From NCBI GenBank assembly GCA_964016885.1, contig OZ024742.1, forward strand, positions 169,012,001-169,076,000: a stretch of DNA of 64,000 nucleotides, written 5' to 3'. Shown in pieces: positions 13,300 to 27,300 of the stretch (position 1 is its first letter; each line of letters starts with the position of its first letter). Origin of the DNA: Eledone cirrhosa. Lineage: Eukaryota. Under the pieces are notes generated by a model, which made no database searches, was not told the origin of the DNA, and saw only the letters and a list, made by a program, of their open reading frames with translations. The position numbers and the translations under genes are program-made.

Positions 13300-16200
13300 A
13301 CGGCTGGAAAATATGTCCTTGGACGGCTGGATATTATCTCCCCTTGGACGGCTGGAAATTATCTCCCCTTGGACGGCTGGAAATTATCTCCCCTTGGACG
13401 GCTAGATATTACCTCCCCTTGGACGGCTGGAAATTATCTCCCCTTGATTTTTTTTACAAATTATCTCCCCCTGATTTTTTTTTACAAATTATCTCCCCCT
13501 GATTTTTTTTTACGAAGTATCTCCCCCTGATTTTTTTTTACAAATTATCTCCGCCTGATTTTTTTTAAAAAATTATCTCCCCTTGAACGGCTCGAAATTA
13601 TCTCCCCTTGGACGGCTGGAAATTATCTCCCCTTGGACGGCTAGAAATTACCTCTCCTTGGACGGCTGAAAATTATCTCCCCTTGGACGGCTGCAAATTA
13701 TCTCCCCTTGATTTTTTAACAAATTATCTCCCCCTGATTTTTTTTTACAAATTATCTCCCCCTGATTTTTTTTTACAAATTATCTACGCCTAATTTTTTT
13801 TACAAATTATCTCCCCCTGATTTTTTTTTACAAATTATCTCCCCCTGATTTTTTTTACAAATTATCTCCCCCTGATTTTTTTTTACAAATTATTTCCCCC
13901 TGATTTTTTTACAAATTATCTCCCCCCTGATTTTTTTTACAATCTCCGCCTGATTTTTTTAAAAATTATCTTCCCTTCGCTGGCGGGAAATTATCTCCCC
14001 TTGGACGGCTGGAAATTATATCCCCTTGGAAGGATGGAAATTATCTCCCCTTGGACGGCTGGAAATTATCTCCCCTTGGACGGCTGGAAATTATCTCCCC
14101 TTGGACAGCTGGAAATTATCTGCCCTTGATTTTGTTTTTACAAATTATCTCCCCCTGATTTTTTTTACAAATTATCTCCACCTGATTTTTTAAAAAATTA
14201 TCTCCCCTTGGACGGCTGGAAATTATCTCCCCTTGATTTTTTTTACAAATTATCTCCCCCTGATTTTTTTTTACAAATTATCTCCCCCTGATTTTTTTTT
14301 ACAAATTATCTCCCCCTGATTTTTTTTTACAAATTATCTCACCCTGATTTTTTTTACAAATTATCAGTCCCTGATTTTTTTACAAATTATCTCCCCTTGG
14401 CTGGCTGGAAATTATCTCCCCTTGGAGGCTGGAATTTATCTCCCCTTGGACGGCTAGAAATTACCTCTCCTTGGACGGCTGGAAAATATGTCTCCTTGGA
14501 CGGCTGGATATTATCTACCCTTGGACGGCTGGAAATTATCTCCCCTTGGACGGCTGGAAATTATCTCCTCTTGGACGGCTAGATATTACCTCCCCTTGGA
14601 CGGCTGGAAATTATCTCCCCTTGATTTTTTTACAAATTATCTCCCCCTGATTTTTTTACAAATTATCTCCCCCTGATTTTTTTTACAAATTATCTCCGCC
14701 TAATTTTTTTAAATATTATCTTCCCTTGGCTGGCGGGAAATTATCTCCCCTTGGACGGCTGAAAATTATCTCCCCTTGGACGGCTGGAAATTATCTCCCC
14801 TTGATTTTTTTTACAAATTATCTCCCCCTGATTTTTTTTTACAAATTATCTCCCCCTGATTTTTTTTTACAAATTATCTCCCCCTGATTTTTTTACAAAT
14901 TATCTCCCCTTGGCTGGCTGGAAATTATCTCCCCTTGGAGGCTGGAATTTATCTCCCCTTGGACGGCTAGAAATTACCTCTCCTTGGACGGATGGAAAAT
15001 GTCCTTGGACGGCTGGATATTATCTACCCTTGGACGGCTGGAAATTATCTCCCCTTGGACGGCTGGAAATTATCTCCCCTTGGACGGCTAGATATTACCT
15101 CCCCTTGGACGGCTGGAAATTATCTCCCCTTGATTTTTTTTACAAATTATCTCCCCCTGATTTTTTTTTACAAATTATCTCCCCCTGATTTTTTTTTACA
15201 AATTATCTCCCCCTGATTTTTTTTACAAATTATCTCCCCCTGATTTTTTTTTACAAATTATCTCCCCCTGATTTTTTTTTACAAATTATCTACCCCTGAT
15301 TTTTTTTACAAATTATCTCCCCCTGATTTTGTTTACAAATTATCTCCCCCTGATTTTTTTACAAATTATCTCCCCCTGATTTTTTTTACAAATTATCTCC
15401 GCCTAATTTTTTTAAATATTATCTTCCCTTGGCTGGCGGGAAATTATCTCCCCTTGGACGGCTGAAAATTATCTCCCCTTGGACGGCTGGAAATTATCTC
15501 TCCTCGGACGGCTAGAAATTACCTCTCCTTGGACAGCTGAAAATTATCTCCCCTTGAACGGCTGGAAATTATCTCCCCTTGATTTTTTTTACAAATTATC
15601 TCCCCCTGATTTTTTTTTACAAATTATCTCCCCCTGATTTTTTTTTACAAATTATCTCCCCCTGATTTTTTTTTACAAATTATCTCCCCCTGATATTTTT
15701 TACAAATTATCTCCCCCTGATTTTTTTACAAATTATCTCCCCTTGGCTGGCTGGAAATTATCTCCCCTTGGAGGCTGGAATTTATCTCCCCTTGGACGGC
15801 TAGAAATTACCTCGCCTTGGACGGCTGGAAAATATGTCTCCTTGGACGGCTGGAAATTATCTCCCCTTGGACGGCTGGAAATTATCTCCCCTTGGACGGC
15901 TGGAAATTATCTCCCCTTGGACGGCTAGATATTACCTCCCCTTGGACGGCTGGAAATTATCTCCCCTTGATTTTTTTTACAAATTATCTCCCCCTGATTT
16001 TTTTTTACAAATTATCTCCCCCTGATTTTTTTTTACGAAGTATCTCCCCCTGATTTTTTTTTACAAATTATCTCCGCCTGATTTTTTTTAAAAAATTATC
16101 TCCCCTTGAACGGCTCGAAATTATCTCCCCTTGGACGGCTGGAAATTATCTCCCCTTGGACGGCTAGAAATTACCTCTCCTTGGACGGCTGAAAATTATC

Positions 16201-18380
16201 TCCCCTTGGACGGCTGCAAATTATCTCCCCTTGATTTTTTAACAAATTATCTCCCCCTGATTTTTTTTTACAAATTATCTCCCCCTGATTTTTTTTTACA
16301 AATTATCTACGCCTAATTTTTTTTACAAATTATCTCCCCCTGATTTTTTTTTACAAATTATCTCCCCCTGATTTTTTTTACAAATTATCTCCCCCTGATT
16401 TTTTTTTACAAATTATTTCCCCCTGATTTTTTTACAAATTATCTCCCCCCTGATTTTTTTTACAATCTCCGCCTGATTTTTTTAAAAATTATCTTCCCTT
16501 CGCTGGCGGGAAATTATCTCCCCTTGGACGGCTGGAAATTATATCCCCTTGGAAGGATGGAAATTATCTCCCCTTGGACGGCTGGAAATTATCTCCCCTT
16601 GGACGGCTGGAAATTATCTCCCCTTGGACAGCTGGAAATTATCTGCCCTTGATTTTGTTTTTACAAATTATCTCCCCCTGATTTTTTTTACAAATTATCT
16701 CCACCTGATTTTTTAAAAAATTATCTCCCCTTGGACGGCTGGAAATTATCTCCCCTTGATTTTTTTTACAAATTATCTCCCCCTGATTTTTTTTTACAAA
16801 TTATCTCCCCCTGATTTTTTTTTACAAATTATCTCCCCCTGATTTTTTTTTACAAATTATCTCACCCTGATTTTTTTTACAAATTATCAGTCCCTGATTT
16901 TTTTACAAATTATCTCCCCTTGGCTGGCTGGAAATTATCTCCCCTTGGAGGCTGGAATTTATCTCCCCTTGGACGGCTAGAAATTACCTCTCCTTGGACG
17001 GCTGGAAAATATGTCTCCTTGGACGGCTGGATATTATCTACCCTTGGACGGCTGGAAATTATCTCCCCTTGGACGGCTGGAAATTATCTCCTCTTGGACG
17101 GCTAGATATTACCTCCCCTTGGACGGCTGGAAATTATCTCCCCTTGATTTTTTTACAAATTATCTCCCCCTGATTTTTTTACAAATTATCTCCCCCTGAT
17201 TTTTTTTACAAATTATCTCCGCCTAATTTTTTTAAATATTATCTTCCCTTGGCTGGCGGGAAATTATCTCCCCTTGGACGGCTGAAAATTATCTCCCCTT
17301 GGACGGCTGGAAATTATCTCCCCTTGATTTTTTTTACAAATTATCTCCCCCTGATTTTTTTTTACAAATTATCTCCCCCTGATTTTTTTTTACAAATTAT
17401 CTCCCCCTGATTTTTTTACAAATTATCTCCCCTTGGCTGGCTGGAAATTATCTCCCCTTGGAGGCTGGAATTTATCTCCCCTTGGACGGCTAGAAATTAC
17501 CTCTCCTTGGACGGATGGAAAATGTCCTTGGACGGCTGGATATTATCTACCCTTGGACGGCTGGAAATTATCTCCCCTTGGACGGCTGGAAATTATCTCC
17601 CCTTGGACGGCTAGATATTACCTCCCCTTGGACGGCTGGAAATTATCTCCCCTTGATTTTTTTTACAAATTATCTCCCCCTGATTTTTTTTTACAAATTA
17701 TCTCCCCCTGATTTTTTTTTACAAATTATCTCCCCCTGATTTTTTTTACAAATTATCTCCCCCTGATTTTTTTTTACAAATTATCTCCCCCTGATTTTTT
17801 TTTACAAATTATCTACCCCTGATTTTTTTTACAAATTATCTCCCCCTGATTTTGTTTACAAATTATCTCCCCCTGATTTTTTTACAAATTATCTCCCCCT
17901 GATTTTTTTTACAAATTATCTCCGCCTAATTTTTTTAAATATTATCTTCCCTTGGCTGGCGGGAAATTATCTCCCCTTGGACGGCTGAAAATTATCTCCC
18001 CTTGGACGGCTGGAAATTATCTCTCCTCGGACGGCTAGAAATTACCTCTCCTTGGACAGCTGAAAATTATCTCCCCTTGAACGGCTGGAAATTATCTCCC
18101 CTTGATTTTTTTTACAAATTATCTCCCCCTGATTTTTTTTTACAAATTATCTCCCCCTGATTTTTTTTTACAAATTATCTCCCCCTGATTTTTTTTTACA
18201 AATTATCTCCCCCTGATATTTTTTACAAATTATCTCCCCCTGATTTTTTTACAAATTATCTCCCCTTGGCTGGCTGGAAATTATCTCCCCTTGGAGGCTG
18301 GAATTTATCTCCCCTTGGACGGCTAGAAATTACCTCGCCTTGGACGGCTGGAAAATATGTCTCCTTGGACGGCTGGAAAT
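13300..18380 (+). repeat. 2,523 bp direct tandem duplication inside the second HOR unit (boundaries approximate)
   Basis: Identical ORFs at 13608/16131, 14397/16920 and 14910/17433, all offset 2523. The variant GAACGGCTCGAAA was seen only at ~13585 and ~16108. Confidence 0.9.
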
Positions 18381-21300
18381 TATCTCCCCTTGGACGGCTG
18401 GAAATTATCTCCCCTTGATTTTTTTTACAAATTATCTCCCCCTGATTTTTTTTAAAAAATTATCTCCCCCTGATTTTTTTTTACGAATTATCTCCCCCCG
18501 ATTTTTTTTTACAAATTATCTCCGCCTGATTTTTTTTTAAAAATTATCTCCCCTTGAACGGCTGGAAATTATCTCCCCTTGGACGGCTGGAAATTATCTC
18601 CCCTTGGACGGCTAGAAATTACCTCTCCTTGGACGGCTGAAAATTATCTCCCCTTGGACGGCTGCAAATTATCTCCCCTTGATTTTTTAACAAATTATCT
18701 CCCCCTGATATTTTTTTACAAATTATCTCCCCCTGATTTTTTTTTACAAATTATCTCCCCCTGATTTTTTTTTACAAATTATCTCCCCCTGATTTTTTTA
18801 CAAATTATCTCCCCCTGATTTTTTTTACAATCTCCGCCTGATTTTTTAAAAAATTATCTTCACTTGGCTGGCGGGAAATTATCTCCCCTTGGACGGCTGG
18901 AAATTATATCCCCTTGGAAGGATGGAAATTATCTCCCCTTGGACGGCTGGAAATTATCTCCCCTTGGACGGCTGGAAATTATCTCCCCTTGGACAGCTGG
19001 AAATTATCTGCCCTTGATTTTGTTTTTACAAATTATCTCCCCCTGATTTTTTTTACAAATTATCTCCACCTGATTTTTTAAAAAATTATCTCCCCTTGGA
19101 CGGCTGGAAATTATCTCCCCTTGATTTTTTTACAAATTATCTCCCCCTGATTTTTTTTACAAATTATCTCCCCCTGATTTTTTGTTACAAATTATCTCCC
19201 CCTGATTTTTTTACAAATTATCTCCCCCTGATTTTTTTTACAAATTATCTCCGCCTGATTTTTTTAAATATTATCTTCCCTTGGCTGGCGGGAAATTATC
19301 TCCCCTTGGACGGCTGAAAATTATCTCCCCTTGGACGGCTGGAAATTATCTCCCCTTGATTTTTTTACAAATTATCTCCCCCTGATTTTTTTTTACAAAT
19401 TATCTCCCCCTGATTTTTTTTTACAAATTATCTCCCCCTGATTTTTTTTTACAAATTATCTCCCCCTGATTTTTTTTTACAAATTATCTCCCCCTGATTT
19501 TTTTACAAATTATCTACCCTTGGCTGGCTGGAAATTATCTCCCCTTGGAGGCTGGAATTTATCTCCCCTTGGACGGCTAGAAATTACCTCTCCTTGGACG
19601 GCTGGAAAATATGTCTCCTTGGACGGCTGGATATTATCTACCCTTGGACGGCTGGAAATTATCTCCCCTTGGACGGCTGGAAATTATCTCCCCTTGGACG
19701 GCTAGAAATTACCTCTCCTTGGACGGCTGAAAATTATCTCCCCTTGGACGGCTGCAAATTATCTCCCCTTGATTTTTTTAACAAATTATCTCCCCCTGAT
19801 TTTTTTTTACAAATTATCTCCCCCTGATTTTTTTTTACAAATTATCTACGCCTAATTTTTTTTACAAATTATCTCCCCCTGATTTTTTTTTACAAATTAT
19901 CTCCCCCTGATTTTTTTAAATATTATCATCCCTTGGCTGGCGGGAAATTATCTCCCCTTGGACGGCTGAAAATTATCTCCCCTTGGACGGCTGGAAATTA
20001 TCTCCCCTTGATTTTTTTTACAAATTATCTCCCCCTGATTTTTTTTTTACAAATTATCTCCCCCTGATTTTTTTACAAATTACCTCCCCCTGATTTTTTT
20101 TACAAATTATCTCCGCCTGATTTTTTTAAATATTATCTTCCCTTGGCTGGCGGGAAATTATCTCCCCTTGGACGGCTGAAAATTATCTCCCCTTGGACGG
20201 CTGGAAATTATCTCCCCTTGATTTTTTTTACAAATTATCTCCCCCTGATTATTTTTTACAAATTATCTTTCCCTGATTTTTTTTTACAAATTATCTCCCC
20301 CTGATTTTTTTTACAAATTATCTCCCCCTGATTTTTTTACAAATTATCTCCCCTTGGCTGGCTGGAAATTATCTCCCCTTGGAGGCTGGAATTTATCTCC
20401 CCTTGGACGGCTGGAAATTATCTCTCCTTGGACGGCTAGTAATTACCTCTCCTTGGACGGCTGGAAAATATGTCTCGTTGGAGGGCTGGAAATTATCTCC
20501 CCTTGGACGGCTGGAAATTATCTCTCCTTGGACGGCTAGAAATTACCTCTCCTTGGACGGCTGAAAATTATCTCTCCTTGGACGGCTGGAAATTATCTCC
20601 CCTTGGACGGCTAGATATTACCTCCCCTTGGACGGCTGGAAATTATCTCCCCTTGATTTTTTTTACAAATTATCTCCCCCTGATTTTTTTTACAAATTAT
20701 CTCCACCTGATTTTTTTACAAATTATCTCCCCCTGATTTTTTTTACAAATTATCTCCGCCTAATTTTTTAAAATATTATCTTCCCTTGGCTGGCGGGAAA
20801 TTATCTCCCCTTGGACGGCTGAAAATTATCTCCCCTTGGACGGCTGGAAATTATCTCCCCTTGATTTTTTTTACAAATTATCTCCCCCTGATTTTTTTTT
20901 ACAAATTATCTCCCCCTGATTTTTTTTTACAAATTATCTCCCCCTGATTTTTTTTACAAATTATCTCCCCTTGGCTGGCTGGAAATTATCTCCCCTTGGA
21001 GGCTGGAATTTATCTCCCCTTGGACGGCTAGAAATTACCTCTCCTTGGACGGCTGGAAAATATGTCCTTGGACGGCTGGATATTATCTACCCTTGGACGG
21101 CTGGAAATTATCTCCCCTTGGACGGCTGGAAATTATCTCCCCTTGGACGGCTAGATATTACCTCCCCTTGGACGGCTGGAAATTATCTCCCCTTGATTTT
21201 TTTTACAAATTATCTCCCCCTGATTTTTTTTACAAATCTAATGATTTTTAAAAAAAAATTATCTCCCCTTCGCTGGCTGGAAATTATCTCCCCTTGGACG

Positions 21301-24300
21301 CTGGAAATTATAGCCCCTTGGAGGGCTGGAAATTATCTTCCCTTGGACGGCTGGAAATTATCTCCCCTTGGCTCGAAATTATCTCCCCTTGGACGGCTAG
21401 AAATTATCTCTTTGGACGGCTGGAAATTATCTCCCTTTGATTTTTTTTACAAATTATCTCCCCCTGATTTTTTTACAAATCTCCCCCTGATTTTTTAAAA
21501 AAAATTATCTCCACTTCGCTGGCTGGAAATTATCTCCCCTTGGACACTGGAAATTATAGCCCCTTGGAGGGCTGGAAATTATCTTCCCTTGGACGGCTGG
21601 AAATTATCTCTGCTTGATTTTTTTTACAAATTATCTCCCCCTGATTTTTTTTTACAAATTATCCCCCCCGATTTTTTTTACAAATTATCTCCCCCTGATT
21701 TTTTTTACAAATTATCTCCCCTTGGACGGCTGGAAATTATCTCCCCTTGGACGGCTGGAAATTATCTCCCCTTGGACGGCTAGAAATTACCTCTCCTTGG
21801 ACGACTGAAAATTATCTCCCCTTGGACGGCTGCAAATTATCTCCCCTTGATTTTTTTTACAAATTATCTCCGCCTGATTTTTTTTTTTAAATTATCTCCC
21901 CTTGGACGGCTGGAAATTACCTCCCCTTGGACGGCTGGAAATTATCTCCCCTTGGACGGCTAGAAATTACCTCTCATTGGACGGCTGAAAATTATCTCCC
22001 CTTGGACGGCTGGAAATTATCTCCCCTTGATTTTTTTTACAAATTATCTCCCCCTGATTTTTTTTTTACAAATTATCTCCGCCTGATTTTTTTTTAAAAT
22101 TATCTCTCCTTGGAAGGCTGGATATTATCTCCCCTTTCATTTTTTTTACAAATTATCTCCCCCTGATTTTTTTTACAAATTATCTCCCCCTGATTTTTTT
22201 TTACAAATTATCTACCCCTAATTTTTTTTTACAAATTATCTCCCCCTGATTTTTTTTACAAATTATCTCCCCCTGATTTTTTTTTTACAAATTATCTCCC
22301 CCTGATTTTTTTACAAATTATCTCCCCCTGATTTTTTTTACAAATTATCTCCGCCTGATTTTTTTAAATATTATCTTCTCTTGGCTGGCGGGAAATTATC
22401 TCCCCTTACACGGCTGAAAATTATCTCCCCTTGGACGGCTGGAAATTATCTCCCCTTGATTTTTTTTACAAATTATCTCCCCCTGATTTTTTTTACAAAT
22501 TATCTCTCCCTGATTTTTTTTTACAAATTATCTCCCCCTGATTTTTTTTTACAAATTATCTCCCCCTGATTTTTTTTACAAATTATCTCCCCCTGATTTT
22601 TTTACAAATTATCTCCCCTTGGCTGGCTGGAAATTATCTCCCCTTGGAGGCTGGAATTTATCTCCCCTTGGACGGCTAGAAATTACCTCTCCTTGGACGG
22701 CTGGAAAATATGTCCTTGGACGGCTGGATATTATCTCCCCTTGGACGGCTGGAAATTATCTCCCCTTGGACGGCTGGAAATTATCTCCCCTTGGACGGCT
22801 AGATATTACCTCCCCTTGGACGGCTGGAAATTATCTCCCCTTGATTTTTTTTACAAATTATCTCCCCCTGATTTTTTTTTACAAATTATCTCCCCCTGAT
22901 TTTTTTTTACGAAGTATCTGCCCCTGATTTTTTTTTACAAATTATCTCCGCCTGATTTTTTTTAAAAAATTATCTCCCCTTGAACGGCTGGAAATTATCT
23001 CCCCTTGGACGGCTGGAAATTATCTCCCCTTGGACGGCTAGAAATTACCTCTCCTTGGACGGCTGAAAATTATCTCCCCTTGGACGGCTGCAAATTATCT
23101 CCCCTTGATTTTTTAACAAATTATCTCCCCCTGATTTTTTTTTACAAATTATCTCCCCCTGATTTTTTTTTACAAATTATCTACGCCTAATTTTTTTTAC
23201 AAATTATCTCCCCCTGATTTTTTTTTACAAATTATCTCCCCCTGATTTTTTTTACAAATTATCTCCCCCTGATTTTTTTTTACAAATTATTTCCCCCTGA
23301 TTTTTTTACAAATTATCTCCCCCCTGATTTTTTTTACAATCTCCGCCTGATTTTTTTAAAAATTATCTTCCCTTCGCTGGCGGGAAATTATCTCCCCTTG
23401 GACGGCTGGAAATTATATCCCCTTGGAAGGATGGAAATTATCTCCCCTTGGACGGCTGGAAATTATCTCCCCTTGGACGGCTGGAAATTATCTCCCCTTG
23501 GACAGCTGGAAATTATCTGCCCTTGATTTTGTTTTTACAAATTATCTCCCCCTGATTTTTTTTACAAATTATCTCCACCTGATTTTTTAAAAAATTATCT
23601 CCCCTTGGACGGCTGGAAATTATCTCCCCTTGATTTTTTTTACAAATTATCTCCCCCTGATTTTTTTTTACAAATTATCTCCCCCTGATTTTTTTTTACA
23701 AATTATCTCCCCCTGATTTTTTTTTACAAATTATCTCACCCTGATTTTTTTTACAAATTATCAGTCCCTGATTTTTTTACAAATTATCTCCCCTTGGCTG
23801 GCTGGAAATTATCTCCCCTTGGAGGCTGGAATTTATCTCCCCTTGGACGGCTAGAAATTACCTCTCCTTGGACGGCTGGAAAATATGTCTCCTTGGACGG
23901 CTGGATATTATCTACCCTTGGACGGCTGGAAATTATCTCCCCTTGGACGGCTGGAAATTATCTCCTCTTGGACGGCTAGATATTACCTCCCCTTGGACGG
24001 CTGGAAATTATCTCCCCTTGATTTTTTTACAAATTATCTCCCCCTGATTTTTTTACAAATTATCTCCCCCTGATTTTTTTTACAAATTATCTCCGCCTAA
24101 TTTTTTTAAATATTATCTTCCCTTGGCTGGCGGGAAATTATCTCCCCTTGGACGGCTGAAAATTATCTCCCCTTGGACGGCTGGAAATTATCTCCCCTTG
24201 ATTTTTTTTACAAATTATCTCCCCCTGATTTTTTTTTACAAATTATCTCCCCCTGATTTTTTTTTACAAATTATCTCCCCCTGATTTTTTTACAAATTAT

Positions 24301-27300
24301 CTCCCCTTGGCTGGCTGGAAATTATCTCCCCTTGGAGGCTGGAATTTATCTCCCCTTGGACGGCTAGAAATTACCTCTCCTTGGACGGATGGAAAATGTC
24401 CTTGGACGGCTGGATATTATCTACCCTTGGACGGCTGGAAATTATCTCCCCTTGGACGGCTGGAAATTATCTCCCCTTGGACGGCTAGATATTACCTCCC
24501 CTTGGACGGCTGGAAATTATCTCCCCTTGATTTTTTTTACAAATTATCTCCCCCTGATTTTTTTTTACAAATTATCTCCCCCTGATTTTTTTTTACAAAT
24601 TATCTCCCCCTGATTTTTTTTACAAATTATCTCCCCCTGATTTTTTTTACAAATTATCTCCCCCTGATTTTTTTTTACAAATTATCTACCCCTGATTTTT
24701 TTTACAAATTATCTCCCCCTGATTTTGTTTACAAATTATCTCCCCCTGATTTTTTTACAAATTATCTCCCCCTGATTTTTTTTACAAATTATCTCCGCCT
24801 AATTTTTTTAAATATTATCTTCCCTTGGCTGGCGGGAAATTATCTCCCCTTGGACGGCTGAAAATTATCTCCCCTTGGACGGCTGGAAATTATCTCTCCT
24901 CGGACGGCTAGAAATTACCTCTCCTTGGACAGCTGAAAATTATCTCCCCTTGAACGGCTGGAAATTATCTCCCCTTGATTTTTTTTACAAATTATCTCCC
25001 CCTGATTTTTTTTTACAAATTATCTCCCCCTGATTTTTTTTTACAAATTATCTCCCCCTGATTTTTTTTTACAAATTATCTCCCCCTGATATTTTTTACA
25101 AATTATCTCCCCCTGATTTTTTTACAAATTATCTCCCCTTGGCTGGCTGGAAATTATCTCCCCTTGGAGGCTGGAATTTATCTCCCCTTGGACGGCTAGA
25201 AATTACCTCGCCTTGGACGGCTGGAAAATATGTCTCCTTGGACGGCTGGAAATTATCTCCCCTTGGACGGCTGGAAATTATCTCCCCTTGGACGGCTAGA
25301 TATTACCTCCCCTTGGACGGCTGGAAATTATCTCCCCTTGATTTTTTTTACAAATTATCTCCCCCTGATTTTTTTTTAAAAATTATCTCCCCCTGATTTT
25401 TTTTTACGAATTATCTCCCCCCGATTTTTTTTTACAAATTATCTCCGCCTGATTTTTTTTTAAAAATTATCTCCCCTTGAACGGCTGGAAATTATCTCCC
25501 CTTGGACGGCTGGAAATTATCTCCCCTTGGACGGCTAGAAATTACCTCTCCTTGGACGGCTGAAAATTATCTCCCCTTGGACGGCTGCAAATTATCTCCC
25601 CTTGATTTTTTAACAAATTATCTCCCCCTGATTTTTTTTTACAAATTATCTCCCCCTGATTTTTTTTTACAAATTATCTCCCCCTGATTTTTTTTTACAA
25701 ATTATCTCCCCCTGATTTTTTTACAAATTATCTCCCCCTGATTTTTTTTACAATCTCCGCCTGATTTTTTAAAAAATTATCTTCACTTGGCTGGCGGGAA
25801 ATTATCTCCCCTTGGACGGCTGGAAATTATATCCCCTTGGAAGGATGGAAATTATCTCCCCTTGGACGGCTGGAAATTATCTCCCCTTGGACGGCTGGAA
25901 ATTATCTCCCCTTGGACAGCTGGAAATTATCTGCCCTTGATTTTGTTTTTACAAATTATCTCCCCCTGATTTTTTTTACAAATTATCTCCACCTGATTTT
26001 TTAAAAAATTATCTCCCCTTGGACGGCTGGAAATTATCTCCCCTTGATTTTTTTACAAATTATCTCCCCCTGATTTTTTTTACAAATTATCTCCCCCTGA
26101 TTTTTTTTTACAAATTATCTCCCCCTGATTTTTTTACAAATTATCTCCCCCTGATTTTTTTTACAAATTATCTCCGCCTGATTTTTTTAAATATTATCTT
26201 CCCTTGGCTGGCGGGAAATTATCTCCCCTTGGACGGCTGAAAATTATCTCCCCTTGGACGGCTGGAAATTATCTCCCCTTGATTTTTTTTACAAATTATC
26301 TCCCCCTGATTTTTTTTTACAAATTATCTCCCCCTGATTTTTTTTTACAAATTATCTCCCCCTGATTTTTTTTTACAAATTATCTCCCCCTGATTTTTTT
26401 TACAAATTATCTCCCCCTGATTTTTTTACAAATTATCTCCCCTTGGCTGGCTGGAAATTATCTCCCCTTGGAGGCTGGAATTTATCTCCCCTTGGACGGC
26501 TAGAAATTACCTCTCCTTGGACGGCTGGAAAATATGTCCTTGGACGGCTGGATATTATCTACCCTTGGACGGCTGGAAATTATCTCCCCTTGGACGGCTG
26601 GAAATTATCTCCCCTTGGACGGCTAGATATTACCTCCCCTTGGACGGCTGGAAATTATCTCCCCTTGATTTTTTTTACAAATTATCTCCCCCTGATTTTT
26701 TTTTACAAATTATCTCCCCCTGATTTTTTTTTACAAATTATCTCCCCCTGATTTTTTTTTACAAATTATCTACCCCTGATTTTTTTTTACAAATTATCTC
26801 CCCCTGATTTTTTTTACAAATTATCTCCCCCTGATTTTTTTTTACAAATTATCTCCCCCTGATTTTTTTTTACAAATTATCTACCCCTGATTTTTTTTAC
26901 AAATTATCTCCCCCTGATTTTTTTTACAAATTATCTCCCCCTGATTTTGTTTACAAATTATCTCCCCCTGATTTTTTTACAAATTATCTCCGCCTGATTT
27001 TTTTTACAAATTATCTCCGCCTAATTTTTTTAAATATTATCTTCCCTTGGCTGGCGGGAAATTATCTCCCCTTGGACGGCTGAAAATTATCTCCCCTTGG
27101 ACGGCTGGAAATTATCTTCCCTTGATTTTTTTTACAAATTATCTCCCCCTGATTGGACAGCTGAAAATTATCTCCCCTTGGACGGCTGGAAATTATCTCC
27201 CCTTGATTTTTTTTACAAATTATCTCCCCCTGATTTTTTTTTACAAATTATCTCCCCCTGATTTTTTTTTACAAATTATCTCCCCCTGATTTTTTTTTAC

